NCBI GenBank assembly: GCA_966243015.1
Contig: CBIMES010000001.1
Coordinates: forward strand, 362,076-426,075
DNA: 64,000 nucleotides
Direction of reading: 5' to 3'
DNA from: an uncultured bacterium
GTDB taxonomy: Bacteria; Patescibacteriota; Minisyncoccia; Phycocordibacterales; UBA6065
The stretch's first letter is position 1; every line of letters starts with the position of its first letter. Of this stretch, positions 1-10,253 are shown one piece after another. A model generated the notes under the pieces. It made no database searches. It was given only the letters and a program-made list of their open reading frames with translations, and was not told where the DNA came from. The position numbers and the translations under genes were made by a program.

Positions 1-2397
1 GTCCTCGTAGTGAAGGCCGACGGTTGGCTCGTCGAGGAGAAAGACCGTCTTGTGTGTGTCCGGCCTATAGAGCTCGGACGAGATCTTCACGCGCTGAGCC
101 TCTCCTCCCGAGAGCGTCGTCGCCGACTGGCCGAGCTCAAGATAGCCAAGACCCACTTCGTCGAGAGTCTTGAGTCGATCATGGATGGCGGGAATGTCCT
201 GGAAGAACGCCAGTGCCTCCTCGACGGTCATCTGAAGCACCTCGTAGACGTTCTTGCCCTTGTACTCAACCTCGAGCGTCTCCTTAGTGAAGCGCTTGCC
301 CTGACAGACCTCGCACGGGACGTACACGGTCGGCAGGAAATGCATCTCGACGGCGATCTCTCCGTTACCCTGGCAGGCCTCGCAGCGTCCGCCCTTCACG
401 TTGAACGAGAAGCGGTTTGATTTCCAGCCACGGGCGCGAGCCTCTGTGGTCTCGGCGAACATGTCGCGGATGAAGGTCCATGCGCCGGTATAGGTGGCCG
501 GATTAGATCGTGGCGTTCGTCCGATCGGAGACTGGTCGATGAGAATGGTTCGGCTGGTATACTCGGTTCCGGTGAACGACTTCGCGTTGAAGGTCTCTGC
601 TGACCTGTGTCGCTTCTCGAGACGGGCCTGGAGGTTCTTGTGAACGATTTCGTAAAGAAACGAGGACTTGCCCGAACCAGACACTCCGGTGATACAGACC
701 AGCTTACCGAGCGGAATGTCCGCGTCGAGATTCTTCACATTGAAGATGTTTCCGCCGCGAATCGAGAGCTTGCCCTTGTCCTGGTTTCGACGAACGTCGG
801 GAATCTCAATCTTGGTCTCGCCTCGGAGATATGAAAGCGTGAGCGACTCAGAGTCGTTCTTCTTCGCGGTGAGGAGAGGCTCGAGCCAGTCGGCTACGAC
901 TACCCTGCCGCCGTGTGTTCCCGCCTTGGGGCCGATATCCACGATATAGTCAGACGCAAAAATAGTGTCCTCGTCGTGCTCAACGACAAGAATGGTGTTG
1001 CCAAGGTCTCGGAGATTGAGAAGGGTCTTGATGAGTCGATCATTGTCTCGCTGATGGAGGCCGATGGTTGGCTCATCGAGCACGTAGAGGGCGCCCACGA
1101 GTCCCGATCCGAGCTGCGACGCGAGCCTGATGCGCTGAGCCTCGCCTCCGGAAAGGGTGTGGGCGCGGCGATCGAGGGTCAGATACTCGATACCCACGTC
1201 GAGCATGAACTTGAGGCGCGACTCAACCTCGCGGAACACCGCCTTGGCGATGGTTCGCTCTTTGTCGGAGATGTCGAGAGTGTCAAAATACTCAGCGGCC
1301 TGAGAGATGGACATGCGCGTGACGTCTACGATCGACTTGCCGCTGATGAGGATATGAAGGGCCTCCTCGCGCAGTCGCGCGCCCTTACACGTCTCGCACG
1401 GCTCGTCGCCAAAGATATGCTTGGTGCCAAGGCCGTTACAGGTCGGGCAGGCTCCGTACGGAGAGTTGAACGAGAACAGTCGCGGCTCGACCTCCGGATA
1501 CGCGTATCCGTCGTACGGGCACATGAACTTCACCGACATGAGCTTCTCGCCCGTCGGGTTCTCGATCTTGAGCAGGCCGCCCGTCTCGTGAATGGCGCGC
1601 TCGACCGCCTCGGAGAGTCTCTCGCGAACGCCCTTGGGATCAGTCTTGAACTCGCTGACATAGAATTCGTCGATGAGAATGTCGATGTCGTGCTTCTTGT
1701 TCTTCTCGAGGTCGATGCGCTCGCGGAGTTTTTTCATCTCGCCGTCAACCTTCGCGTTCTCGTATCCCTTGCCGAGATAGTCGTAGAGCATCTGGTAGTA
1801 CTCGCCCTTCCGTCCAACGACGACCGGTGCGAAGATGCGGACCTTGGCCTTGTCGATGGCGACGCCCATGACCTTGGTGCCGCCTGCCTCCGTCTTCACG
1901 TGCGTGACGCTGTCGATGATGGTGTCGAGGATCTCCTCGTTCGAGAGACGCTTGATCTCGCGATTACAGACGAGGCAGTGTGGGTGACCAATACGCGCAA
2001 AGAGCACGCGGAGATAGTCGTAGATCTCGGTCTGGGTCGCCACGGTCGATCGAGGATTGTTCGAGTGCGACTTCTGATCGATAGAGATTGCCGGAGAGAG
2101 TCCCGAGATTTCGTCCACGTCAGGCTTCTGCATCTGGCGGAGAAACTGTCGCGCGTACGACGAGAGGGATTCGACGTAACGGCGCTGACCCTCGGCGAAG
2201 ATGGTGTCGAAGGCGAGGGACGACTTGCCCGAGCCCGAGAGTCCAGTGAAGACCACCATCTTGTTGCGAGGCATCTCCACTGTGATGTTCTTGAGGTTAT
2301 GCGTTCGCGCGCCCTTCACCACAAGCTTCTCTGCCCCTGGGTTGAAATCGGTCTTTGCGCCGTGCGAATGCGAGCTGTTTTTCTTGGCTGAGGACAT
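1..2397 (-). CDS. uvrA: excinuclease ABC subunit UvrA; starts at ATG 2397, C-terminal part runs off the window start
   Basis: Reverse-strand translation from 2397 gives [86 protein letters not shown], typical of UvrA. The + strand ORFs 10..2391 are antisense artefacts, for example ALSLSSRE mirrors LSGGE. Confidence 0.9.
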   Translation of the reverse strand, partial: MSSAKKNSSHSHGAKTDFNPGAEKLVVKGARTHNLKNITVEMPRNKMVVFTGLSGSGKSSLAFDTIFAEGQRRYVESLSSYARQFLRQMQKPDVDEISGLSPAISIDQKSHSNNPRSTVATQTEIYDYLRVLFARIGHPHCLVCNREIKRLSNEEILDTIIDSVTHVKTEAGGTKVMGVAIDKAKVRIFAPVVVGRKGEYYQMLYDYLGKGYENAKVDGEMKKLRERIDLEKNKKHDIDILIDEFYVSEFKTDPKGVRERLSEAVERAIHETGGLLKIENPTGEKLMSVKFMCPYDGYAYPEVEPRLFSFNSPYGACPTCNGLGTKHIFGDEPCETCKGARLREEALHILISGKSIVDVTRMSISQAAEYFDTLDISDKERTIAKAVFREVESRLKFMLDVGIEYLTLDRRAHTLSGGEAQRIRLASQLGSGLVGALYVLDEPTIGLHQRDNDRLIKTLLNLRDLGNTILVVEHDEDTIFASDYIVDIGPKAGTHGGRVVVADWLEPLLTAKKNDSESLTLSYLRGETKIEIPDVRRNQDKGKLSIRGGNIFNVKNLDADIPLGKLVCITGVSGSGKSSFLYEIVHKNLQARLEKRHRSAETFNAKSFTGTEYTSRTILIDQSPIGRTPRSNPATYTGAWTFIRDMFAETTEARARGWKSNRFSFNVKGGRCEACQGNGEIAVEMHFLPTVYVPCEVCQGKRFTKETLEVEYKGKNVYEVLQMTVEEALAFFQDIPAIHDRLKTLDEVGLGYLELGQSATTLSGGEAQRVKISSELYRPDTHKTVFLLDEPTVGLHYED

Positions 2398-2499
2398 GGG
2401 TTTGGTCGTCTTTACGCGACTACGCCCCAAGGCGTGCGCCTAGGGGTATATATCGATGTATTAATTGGCATACGATACCACGCGATAAGGAAAAAATAA

Positions 2500-2528
2500 A
2501 GAAAAGCCCCCAGGGGCTTTTCTTTAGA
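2500..2528. terminator. intrinsic terminator hairpin (aaaagcccccaggggcttttcttt), bidirectional, ends the membrane-protein gene
   Basis: GC stem with a flanking A-tract and T-tract. Confidence 0.5.
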
Positions 2529-2545
2529 GACGGACTCAGGTCACC

Positions 2546-3970
2546 CTACTCCGCGATCTCAAGATTCCCGAGGAGGGAGTCCACGATCTCCGAGAGCCTT
2601 GCCTCGCCGCGCGCAAGGGTGCTGCCGGCAAACGTATAGAGCGCCGATCCAGTCTCCACGTAAATTGCCCTGCCTACCCTTCCCTCAGACGCGACGGCCT
2701 GCTCGACCTCGACAACGGCGACGCCGTTAACATCCCGCCTGGTGACCGAGTAGGTGATGCCCTGCGCCGCTGCGTTTGCGGCATAGTACTCCTTTGTCGC
2801 CGAAAGGAGCGCGTCGACGCCCTGGGGCTCGCCGCTCGGGAACCTGGCGAGTGAGACGTACGGAGTCTCGTCATCCTCGCTCTCGTAGCCAGCGGTATCG
2901 ACAAAGATAGCGACAGTCTGGTCGCCCGAACCTCGAGCATCGATATACGTTACGTCAGCGGGATAGGTAAAAGAGATGACCTCGTCAGAGAACGTTGATG
3001 AGCCGTCCTGGTTTTCGATAATGACAGGCTCCGATGCCGACGGATACACACCCTCGAATTGAGGGTGATCAAGGAGGTTGCCCCGATCATTCCTCAGACC
3101 ACCCGTAACGTTCAAAGCTATCGCGGCCAGAATGCCCACAACCACAATGCCGAGACCCACCCACGGGGAGACCCTGAGCCACCTTGGAACCGTCACGTGC
3201 TCAGGAGACGCGGTCTCAGAGAGGTTCCTGTAAAGCTTATAGAGGTACACGAGGCCGGCGACAATCCCAACTCTGACCGCGTACACAACAGCCGGCACGC
3301 CGAGAACAATGCCGACGACAATCGCCCACACATCACCAAGCTTCATGGAGACAAAGGCGGTTGCCGCGGTGGCGAAGCCGATGGCGATGCCTGCAGGAAT
3401 CATGTACACAAGTGGCATGAGGCTCTTGCCGAGAATTTTCCAGAAGCGGCCTGCGTAAAGTGCCCTCGAGTACGCAAGCGCGTGAAGACCCTTCCTACCG
3501 TCGAGGACGTTCGCGTACACCGCCATGCTGAGAATTATCGAAACGTAAATGCCCGGCACGATGAACAGAAGGAAGAAGGGCACGACGGCAAGGAGCAGGA
3601 GGACAGTAACCCAGAGGTACGGGAAAACCCTCATGAGCGACTCCTTGATGACGTGCCTGATCGAGGGATTGTGACCGGCGTCGTACTGGGAGACCGCCCG
3701 GACCGGGGCGACATACCCGAGAAGAGACACATACCACGATGCCAGGGCCTGAGCAACCAGAAGCCCCACAGCGACAAGCGCGAGGGCAACCGCCGAAAGG
3801 TCTCGAATCGAGCTGGACGTCACCATCTTGAGAAGAGACTCAGACAGTGATCCTACGCCAGAGAGCACAAGATTGGCGGCAAAGAACACCGCGAGCAGAC
3901 CTACCAACTTCTTCCAGTGCGACTTGAACAGATGAGCGGATTCCTTGTAGAGAGTTCTCGATGTTTTCAT
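2546..3970 (-). CDS. polytopic membrane protein, unknown function (N- and C-terminal TM clusters, soluble C-terminal domain)
   Basis: 474-aa ORF with multiple hydrophobic helices. A TGnTATAGT-like extended -10 (tgctatagt) lies about 30 nt upstream of the ATG at 3970. Confidence 0.6.
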   Translation of the reverse strand: MKTSRTLYKESAHLFKSHWKKLVGLLAVFFAANLVLSGVGSLSESLLKMVTSSSIRDLSAVALALVAVGLLVAQALASWYVSLLGYVAPVRAVSQYDAGHNPSIRHVIKESLMRVFPYLWVTVLLLLAVVPFFLLFIVPGIYVSIILSMAVYANVLDGRKGLHALAYSRALYAGRFWKILGKSLMPLVYMIPAGIAIGFATAATAFVSMKLGDVWAIVVGIVLGVPAVVYAVRVGIVAGLVYLYKLYRNLSETASPEHVTVPRWLRVSPWVGLGIVVVGILAAIALNVTGGLRNDRGNLLDHPQFEGVYPSASEPVIIENQDGSSTFSDEVISFTYPADVTYIDARGSGDQTVAIFVDTAGYESEDDETPYVSLARFPSGEPQGVDALLSATKEYYAANAAAQGITYSVTRRDVNGVAVVEVEQAVASEGRVGRAIYVETGSALYTFAGSTLARGEARLSEIVDSLLGNLEIAE

Positions 3971-4021
3971 ATATGTGCTTGATGTATATGTGAAAACTAT
4001 AGCATTCTCCGAGACAGGCGA

Positions 4022-4645
4022 CTATTGAAGAGACTTTCTGACAAGTTTGATGAGCTCCGGAAACCTCGGGCCGGTGAAGTGCTTGCGGTCCTTGAAATGC
4101 ATGAAAATCGAGTGAGGCAGGGCAGCCTGATACCGCTCGGCGTGCGAGAACGCCACGATAGGGTCATCCTTGCTGTGGACGACGAAGATCTTCTCGACGC
4201 GATCGCCAAGGGGCGCGAGGTCGCCTACGACAAATCCCGCCTTGTTGGCACCCTTCCCCTTTTTGCGGAAATACGGCGCGGCGACGAGAAAGAGCGCGCC
4301 GACGCGTACGCCAGGAGCGTTCTCGCTCAGGTATCGGGCGAGGAATATGCCGCCGAGCGAGTGACCGAGGAGCACGACGCCGTCGCTCAGGAACGGCAGC
4401 ATCTTGTCGAACCAGATCTTCCACTCGGCGTACTTGGCATCGAGCTTGTTCGGCATAGTCGGGAAAAACACCTCGCACTCGCCGGACAGCTCTTTCGCCA
4501 GATTATCCTTCCAACCCTTCTCGTCGTCGAAGAGAAACCAGTCCTTCGGCGCCTCGGTCTTCCTGAGGTCGTCAACGAACTCCGCGCGAGAGTCAAAGAA
4601 GTCGCCCCCGTGGATGATGACAAGCTGTTTTTTGGCGGTATTCAT
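4022..4645 (-). CDS. alpha/beta-hydrolase, serine hydrolase family (YdeN-like)
   Basis: GHSLGG nucleophile-elbow motif. The likely start is MNTAKKQLVIIHGG at ATG 4645, which sits 0 nt after the uvrB stop TAA (4648-4650). The N-terminal extension in the ORF track overlaps uvrB. Confidence 0.75.
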   Translation of the reverse strand: MNTAKKQLVIIHGGDFFDSRAEFVDDLRKTEAPKDWFLFDDEKGWKDNLAKELSGECEVFFPTMPNKLDAKYAEWKIWFDKMLPFLSDGVVLLGHSLGGIFLARYLSENAPGVRVGALFLVAAPYFRKKGKGANKAGFVVGDLAPLGDRVEKIFVVHSKDDPIVAFSHAERYQAALPHSIFMHFKDRKHFTGPRFPELIKLVRKSLQ

Positions 4646-4647
4646 GG

Positions 4648-6750
4648 TTATTTCTTTTTTGATGTCGGCTTCTTTTTCGATTTCTCCTCTCCTTTCGCCT
4701 CCGCCTTCTCCCCCTTCATCTTCTCCCACTTCTCCTGAAGCTCGGCGATCTCGTCACGGAGAAGCGCCGCCGTCTCAAAGTCGAGGATCTTCACGGCCTC
4801 GCTCATCTGGCTCTCTTTGTCCTTGATGAGCTTCTTCGGGTCCTTCTCGAAGAGGGCCTGATCGATTTTGAGCTGTTCCGACACAGCCTTCTTGTGCTCG
4901 GTCTGCATCTGATCGGTGATGTCCTGAATCTTCTTGATGATGGTCTTCGGGGTGATGCCGTGCTTCTGATTGTGCGCGATCTGAATGGCACGTCGTCGCT
5001 CGGTCTCCTTCACGGCGCGGTCAATTGATCCGGTCACGGTGTCGGCGTAGATGATGACGCGACCCTCCACATTTCGCGCGGCGCGTCCGATGATCTGGAT
5101 GAGCGAGGTCTCGGAACGAAGAAAGCCCTCCTTGTCGGCGTCGAGGATACAGATAAGGGCGACCTCGGGCAAATCGAGGCCCTCTCGGAGCAGGTTAACT
5201 CCCACGAGCACGTCGAACTCTCCCCTGCGAAAACGAGTGAGGATCTCGATGCGCTCAATCGTCTTCACGTCGCTGTGAAGGTACTCTGTCTTGATTTTCT
5301 TCTCCTTGAGATAGTCGGTGAGGTCCTCGGCCATCTTCTTGGTGAGGGTCGTGGCGATGACGCGGAAGCCCTTGGCGATAGTCTTCTCGGCCTCCTCTAT
5401 GGTGTCGGCAATCTGACCCCTAAAAGTGCCCTTCTCGACGACAGGCTTGATAGTAATGACAGGATCGATAAGACCAGTCGGTCGAATGACCTGCTCGACG
5501 ATCTGGCCGCCCGCTGACTCGGCGCACATTTTCTTCTCGAACTCGCCCGGGGTGGCGGTGGTGTAAATGGTCTGGCCGACGCGTTCCTCGAACTCAGCGA
5601 ACTTGAGTGGCCTGTTGTCCTTTGCCGACGGCAGGCGGAAGCCGTGCTCGACCAGGGTGTTCTTGCGCGACTGGTCGCCGGCGAACATGCCGTTGATCTG
5701 GGGCACGCTCACATGAGACTCGTCGATGACAGTCAGGAAATCGGGGGTGCCGTCAGCCTTGTGCGGGAAGTACGAAAGAAGAGTGTCAGGAGCCTCACCG
5801 GGAGCCTTGCCCGAGAAATGGCGGGAGTAGTTCTCGATGCCGTTGGTATACCCCACCTCGCGGATCATGGCGAGGTCGTAGTTCGTGCGGCGCTTGAGAC
5901 GCTCGGCCTCGAGCATCTTCCCCTCCTTGGCGAGCTCAGCGAGACGCGCCTCGAGCTCGGCCTTGATGGTCTTGAAGGCTCGCTCGGCCGCGTCCTTGTC
6001 GGTGATAAAGTGCTTAGCTGGGAAGAGAAAGAAGGCGTCGAGGGACTTGATGATGGCTCGGGTCACTCCGTCGATGAGGTCGATGGCGGAAATAGCGCCG
6101 TCGTCGAAGCCGATGCGGTAAATCACCTTCTCGTTCACCGGCATGATCTCGATGAAGTTGCCGACGGCGCGGAAAAGACCGGGCTCGAGGTCTGCGTTGG
6201 TGCGCTCGAAGTGAATGCCGACGAGACGTCGAACGAGCTCCGATCGGTCGGCCTTCATCCCCTTCTGGATCTTGAGGTTCACCCTCTCGTACTCCTTCGG
6301 CGAGCCGAGACCGTAGATGCAGGATACCGAGGCGACGATGATGACGTCCTTGCGGGTGAGAAGAGCCTGGGTCGAGGCATGGCGAAGTCGCTCGATCTCC
6401 TCGTTGATCATCGCCTCCTTCTCGATGTAGGTATCAGTGACGGGCATGTACGCCTCCGGCTGATAGTAGTCGTAGTACGAAACGAAGTAGTGCACGGCGT
6501 TCTCGGGAAAGAACTCCTTGTACTCCTGGGCGAGCTGGGCCGCGAGAGTCTTGTTGTGGGCTATGACAAGCGTCGGCTTCCCCACCTGGGCGATGACGTT
6601 GGCGCAGGTGAACGTCTTGCCCGAACCCGTGACTCCGAGCAGGGTCTGATGGCGCATGCCGGCCTTAACGCCCTTAACAAGCGCCTCGATTGCCTTGGGC
6701 TGGTCGCCCGCCGGCTTAAACTCGTTGTTTATCTTGAAGAGGCTGGCCAT
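4648..6750 (-). CDS. uvrB: excinuclease ABC subunit UvrB
   Basis: TGSGKTFT Walker A, helicase motifs and a YYDYYQPEAY hairpin region; Lys-rich C-terminal tail. Confidence 0.95.
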   Translation of the reverse strand: MASLFKINNEFKPAGDQPKAIEALVKGVKAGMRHQTLLGVTGSGKTFTCANVIAQVGKPTLVIAHNKTLAAQLAQEYKEFFPENAVHYFVSYYDYYQPEAYMPVTDTYIEKEAMINEEIERLRHASTQALLTRKDVIIVASVSCIYGLGSPKEYERVNLKIQKGMKADRSELVRRLVGIHFERTNADLEPGLFRAVGNFIEIMPVNEKVIYRIGFDDGAISAIDLIDGVTRAIIKSLDAFFLFPAKHFITDKDAAERAFKTIKAELEARLAELAKEGKMLEAERLKRRTNYDLAMIREVGYTNGIENYSRHFSGKAPGEAPDTLLSYFPHKADGTPDFLTVIDESHVSVPQINGMFAGDQSRKNTLVEHGFRLPSAKDNRPLKFAEFEERVGQTIYTTATPGEFEKKMCAESAGGQIVEQVIRPTGLIDPVITIKPVVEKGTFRGQIADTIEEAEKTIAKGFRVIATTLTKKMAEDLTDYLKEKKIKTEYLHSDVKTIERIEILTRFRRGEFDVLVGVNLLREGLDLPEVALICILDADKEGFLRSETSLIQIIGRAARNVEGRVIIYADTVTGSIDRAVKETERRRAIQIAHNQKHGITPKTIIKKIQDITDQMQTEHKKAVSEQLKIDQALFEKDPKKLIKDKESQMSEAVKILDFETAALLRDEIAELQEKWEKMKGEKAEAKGEEKSKKKPTSKKK

Positions 6751-6819
6751 ACGTTACACCACTATATCATCAGAGTCGTTGACCACAAGAGGCGGAGATG
6801 GTAGAAATCGTCCAGACAC

Positions 6820-7260
6820 ATGAAAGCGCACATTACCGTGCGCCACATCGAGGAATGCTTCGGACCCCTGTGGTTTAGCTTCGATGAGGCGTGGAAAAAC
6901 ATGTTCAGCGCGTGCGACGAGACCGAAGAGAGGGTAAATCGAGAGCAGGCCGAGAAAAGGATACGGCTGCTCTGCACGCTCGGGCTGCTTGAGCGCAACG
7001 ACGAGGGCGAATGGCCCGAGTATCGACTCACCGCGAGGGCTGGAACCTTCAGGCACCAGAACGGCATCACAGCGCCCGAAAAAAGGCAGGAGCCTCTTCC
7101 CGGAACACGAGGAGACCGCCTCCGCGCCTATGGCGCAGCGCTCGAGAGGGTGAACGGGAAGGGTTCTTCCGCGAGTGAGGCCGACAAGGCAATCGTCACC
7201 GACCCAAGAAGGGTCGACGAGTGGAAGAAATACCGCCACTTCATGAAGCACATGCGCTGA
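6820..7260 (+). CDS. hypothetical protein
   Basis: 146-aa ORF followed by a clean terminator. A possible promoter TTACAT..TACAAT occurs later for the next gene. No recognisable domain. Confidence 0.45.
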   Translation: MKAHITVRHIEECFGPLWFSFDEAWKNMFSACDETEERVNREQAEKRIRLLCTLGLLERNDEGEWPEYRLTARAGTFRHQNGITAPEKRQEPLPGTRGDRLRAYGAALERVNGKGSSASEADKAIVTDPRRVDEWKKYRHFMKHMR

Positions 7261-7273
7261 ACGCATAAGCATC

Positions 7274-7302
7274 GGCCCGCGACTCACGTCGCGGGCTTTT
7301 TA
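7274..7302 (+). terminator. intrinsic terminator (gcccgcgactcacgtcgcgggc + TTTTT)
   Basis: 9-bp GC stem followed by a T5 run. Confidence 0.6.
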
Positions 7303-7340
7303 CATGATAGACGGCGCGCGGGTGGTACAATACGCACATC

Positions 7341-8048
7341 ATGAATCCAAAACCGGTCGCGATCGAGAAAACGATAATCGTCTGGCTCATCATATCAACC
7401 ATCTTCCTCTCCTGGTATTTCATGGCCCGCGAACAGTCGTTCGTCCCCCTCTATTACGTCCTCTGGATTGGCTTCATCGGCACGCCCCTGTGGGTATACA
7501 GGAAGGGAATCTCGGCTCAACTCACACGCCTTATTCCCCACGCCGCAACCCGTTTCCTCGCGCTCGCCTACGGCGCGGTCGCCCTCGAGGAGACCATTGC
7601 GGCTTTTGTTCACGCACTTACTGAAGGACCCACCCTCGGCCTCCTTGCGACCCGCATAACGCAGTTCTGGTCCTTCAATCTCATCGCCTTCAGCGGCCTC
7701 ATCCTCGCATGGCTCGCGCTCTCGAGACGCTTTCGGTACTCGCCGCGCGAGGCATTCTACCTCGTTGGCCTCTGGGGGCTCTACGCCGAAGGGATAATAT
7801 GGAAAATCTGGTCAGACGCGTCGAGCTTCCTCTTCTTCGCCCTCCCCACTGTATTCACCTACGGCATCATTATGGCGCCGAGCATCATGACCGCCCCGAC
7901 GGGCAAGAAGACGGCGACGAAACCAATTCGATACGCCCTCGCCCTCACCATCCCCTTTCTGTGCTCGATTCCGTTCGTGCTCATCCTGGGATACCTCAGA
8001 GCGCGCTTCCCCGACGCCTTTCCTCCATGCGCATTCATAGCCTGCTAA
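7341..8048 (+). CDS. integral membrane protein, unknown function
   Basis: 235 aa with 6-7 hydrophobic helices. Confidence 0.5.
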   Translation: MNPKPVAIEKTIIVWLIISTIFLSWYFMAREQSFVPLYYVLWIGFIGTPLWVYRKGISAQLTRLIPHAATRFLALAYGAVALEETIAAFVHALTEGPTLGLLATRITQFWSFNLIAFSGLILAWLALSRRFRYSPREAFYLVGLWGLYAEGIIWKIWSDASSFLFFALPTVFTYGIIMAPSIMTAPTGKKTATKPIRYALALTIPFLCSIPFVLILGYLRARFPDAFPPCAFIAC

Positions 8049-8059
8049 CGGGCAAGAAA

Positions 8060-8088
8060 AAGCCCCGCCGTTGACGGCGGGGACTTTT
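8060..8088. terminator. bidirectional terminator (ccccgccgttgacggcgggg)
   Basis: 8-bp GC stem flanked by A-tract and T-tract, lying between convergent genes. Confidence 0.5.
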
Positions 8089-8102
8089 GACCAGACAGGA
8101 AC

Positions 8103-8495
8103 TCAGGCGGCTTCACGGGCCTTAACCACGAACGAGACACCATCGTGCGGATGGCCGCCGTCGTAATACAGGGCATCGACGCCTCCCCGCATTTCGAACG
8201 AGGAACGCCGTCGGCTCGTCGCCTTGTGATAATCGGGCCCCTTGGTCTTCTGCCAATGACGCGACCTCGCCTCCTTGCGCCTCTTGTGCTCGGCAGGGGT
8301 GACCCAGCCGGCATCAGATTCTGTGATTTTGCCTCCCTTGCCATGACCGTCGCGGGGAGCGCGCTCGAGGCCGCCTTTGTCATAGACGAGTTGCTCGAGG
8401 CCTCCGGGGACGCCGGAATTCCTCCTGAAACCTACCTGACCGTGAACCGGGCAAGTGATTTCTTTAAGGCACAGCTTGCTGCTGAATACGGACAT
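8103..8495 (-). CDS. small basic Gly-rich hypothetical protein (130 aa), paralogous motif shared with the upstream 66-aa protein
   Basis: AAGGAG SD lies 10 nt upstream of the ATG at 8495. Contains a GHGKGGK (KGG-like) stretch; VYDKGG..RD resembles VYKDQRG..RD in the neighbouring gene. Confidence 0.5.
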   Translation of the reverse strand: MSVFSSKLCLKEITCPVHGQVGFRRNSGVPGGLEQLVYDKGGLERAPRDGHGKGGKITESDAGWVTPAEHKRRKEARSRHWQKTKGPDYHKATSRRRSSFEMRGGVDALYYDGGHPHDGVSFVVKAREAA

Positions 8496-8633
8496 GATAC
8501 AGATTCTCCTTGTGTAGTTGTTTTTTGCTTCAGACAGAACGAACCCTCACCCGAGGGCTCCTCTCGCATTCCGATTGCTCGGGACGCCAGAGGAACCCTC
8601 GAACCCGCTTGCGCGAGTCGAGGGATTCGGAAG

Positions 8634-8832
8634 TCAGCTTCCGACGGTGCCGGGGAAGAGATGGACGAAGCGGGCGGAAACCCATGTTCCGTTCACCTTT
8701 ACGGCAGCAGTCATAAGACCACCCCACTCCATCCAGCCCTCCAAGTCACGAGACCCGACTTTCTTTGTGCCTCGCTGATCCTTGTATACGGGCATAGGCA
8801 GAGAGTCGGTCGATCCTTTTGGCTTTCTCATA
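8634..8832 (-). CDS. small hypothetical protein (66 aa from the internal ATG)
   Basis: AAGGAG SD lies 6 nt upstream of the ATG at 8832, which codes MRKPKGSTDSLPMPVYKDQRGTKKVGSRD. The ORF-track N-terminal extension to 8885 has no SD. Confidence 0.45.
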
Positions 8833-8883
8833 TGGTACTCCTTTCTGTGTTGAGGTTGCTGTAAAGAACAATTCCGCGCGACC

Positions 8884-8923
8884 ACCGAAACGAAAGCCGA
8901 GCCCTTGGTGAAGGGCTCGGCTT
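8884..8923 (-). terminator. intrinsic terminator hairpin inside the 5' leader of the small-protein operon (attenuator/riboswitch candidate)
   Basis: On the minus strand, gccgagccc-ttcaccaa-gggctcggc is followed by TTTCGTTTCGG, about 55 nt upstream of the start at 8832. No minus-strand gene lies upstream for it to terminate. Confidence 0.4.
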
Positions 8924-9164
8924 GTCTTGAGTGGTTTTATGTCTGTAATCCCATTCAATTACGCAAGAGCCCCCGAATGCATGGTTCGAAGGGTGCAGAC
9001 GTAATTAAACTTAATGGAATTGACTGACATCGCCCATTTACTGTACACCCCCAGCGGTTTTTCGCAAGCGACGATATCCACCAGCCATTTTGGTTACGGA
9101 ACGCCAGAAACAAACGCGCAATGCCGAAACTGAAAGAAAGCCCGCCGCCGAAACATATAAAAAT

Positions 9165-9695
9165 ATGTACCGCCTTACCGACATAATCACAACACCCATG
9201 AAACCAGCACCCATCATTTCATTCGAACAATTCGAAAAGATTCATGACAGCCTCGGCACCATCGTCTGTACCTCGGGAGGATTCGACCCCATTCACCCCG
9301 GACACGTATCATGCATACACGCGTCGAAGGAGCACGGGGACACACTCGTCGTCATCGTGAACGGCGACGGATTCCTCACGAGGAAGAAAGGCAGGCCATT
9401 CATGAACCTCGACACACGGGCGAAGATAGTCTCGTACGTGCGCGGCGTCGACTACGTCATCCCCTTCGAGATTGAGGGAGACCAGACCGTGAGCGAGGCC
9501 TTGAGGAAAATCAGGCCGCACGTCTTCACCAAAGGTGGCGATCGCGTCGACGAGTCCAGCATTCCCGAGTGGAAAACCTGCCAGAAACACGGCATCAGGG
9601 TCGTCTCAGGCGTCGGATTCGACAAGCTCTGGAGCAGCTCTGATTTCCTCAGGGAATGGGGAGAGTACTGGAATACAAAGACTCAACAATCTTAG
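9165..9695 (+). CDS. cytidylyl/adenylyl-transferase-like protein (RfaE domain II / TagD family, HxGH motif)
   Basis: TSGGFDPIHPGHV followed by VVIVNGDGFL..KGG.R, as in sugar-phosphate nucleotidyltransferases. The start is uncertain among 9090, 9165 and 9198. Confidence 0.7.
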   Translation: MYRLTDIITTPMKPAPIISFEQFEKIHDSLGTIVCTSGGFDPIHPGHVSCIHASKEHGDTLVVIVNGDGFLTRKKGRPFMNLDTRAKIVSYVRGVDYVIPFEIEGDQTVSEALRKIRPHVFTKGGDRVDESSIPEWKTCQKHGIRVVSGVGFDKLWSSSDFLREWGEYWNTKTQQS

Positions 9696-9761
9696 TCAGT
9701 AAGCGTCGTCGGCAGCACCTTCGTCTCAAAACACAAACGCCCTATTGGATGGCCACGGTCG

Positions 9762-10253
9762 TTAAGATTCATGAGTCCTGCCATGTTCCATATCTATCAC
9801 CACAGGGTCTGCCTCAACCATGTTCCTCGATATCCATTTCTCAAGCTCAAGCTTAACCTCTTCAAAGGAGTGGGTCGTGTGAGTGGTCTTTGCCAACCAC
9901 ACCGCCTTGCCTGTCATCTCTTCGTCAGAGACGGCAAGCATCTTTTCATTAAGAATAAGGAATACGTTTAGACATGCAACTGACATTCTCTTGTTACCGT
10001 TGGGAAATATGTGCCTCTTATTGATTGAGTAGAATAGTATCGCAGCTTTGCTTTCCAGGGTTGGATACAGATCAACCCCGTCATATGAATCCCTGGTTAT
10101 ATTGGCAACCCTCTCAACATCATCAATAAACGTGTCCTCGAAGGGAGGAATAGGCTCTCCCTGTTGTCTAAATTTCTCTCGAAGGAACTCGTGAATTATT
10201 CTTATGAACGAGCCCGTAAGGTGATTAACGTGCTGTTTTTTCCCTTCGGTCAT
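9762..10253 (-). CDS. Doc (death-on-curing) / Fic-family toxin
   Basis: HIFPNGNKRMS matches the Doc motif HxFx(D/N)GNKR. Start taken at the ATG at 10253 (MTEGKK). The segment is AT-rich relative to its flanks. Confidence 0.75.
   Translation of the reverse strand: MTEGKKQHVNHLTGSFIRIIHEFLREKFRQQGEPIPPFEDTFIDDVERVANITRDSYDGVDLYPTLESKAAILFYSINKRHIFPNGNKRMSVACLNVFLILNEKMLAVSDEEMTGKAVWLAKTTHTTHSFEEVKLELEKWISRNMVEADPVVIDMEHGRTHES

Noticed and set aside
10-2443. Long + strand ORFs (10..420, 913..2391, 2201..2443 and others) across the first 2.4 kb
   Set aside because: They are antisense to a perfectly conserved uvrA reading frame on the minus strand. They have Arg/Leu-rich composition and mirror-image motifs; for example ALSLSSRE mirrors LSGGE.
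8581-8640. Possible third, degenerate copy of the rnc/gyrB terminator repeat (shares CCCTCGACTCG and CGGGTTCGAGGG)
   Set aside because: Only about 11-12 nt of GC-rich identity, and the central hairpin is not conserved. This is plausibly chance in a 60% GC genome.
8145-8864. 239-aa + strand ORF overlapping the two small minus-strand genes
   Set aside because: It has no SD and an odd composition. The minus-strand genes have canonical AAGGAG SD sequences at the correct spacing. The 8746..8958 minus ORF was also rejected because it reads through the leader hairpin.
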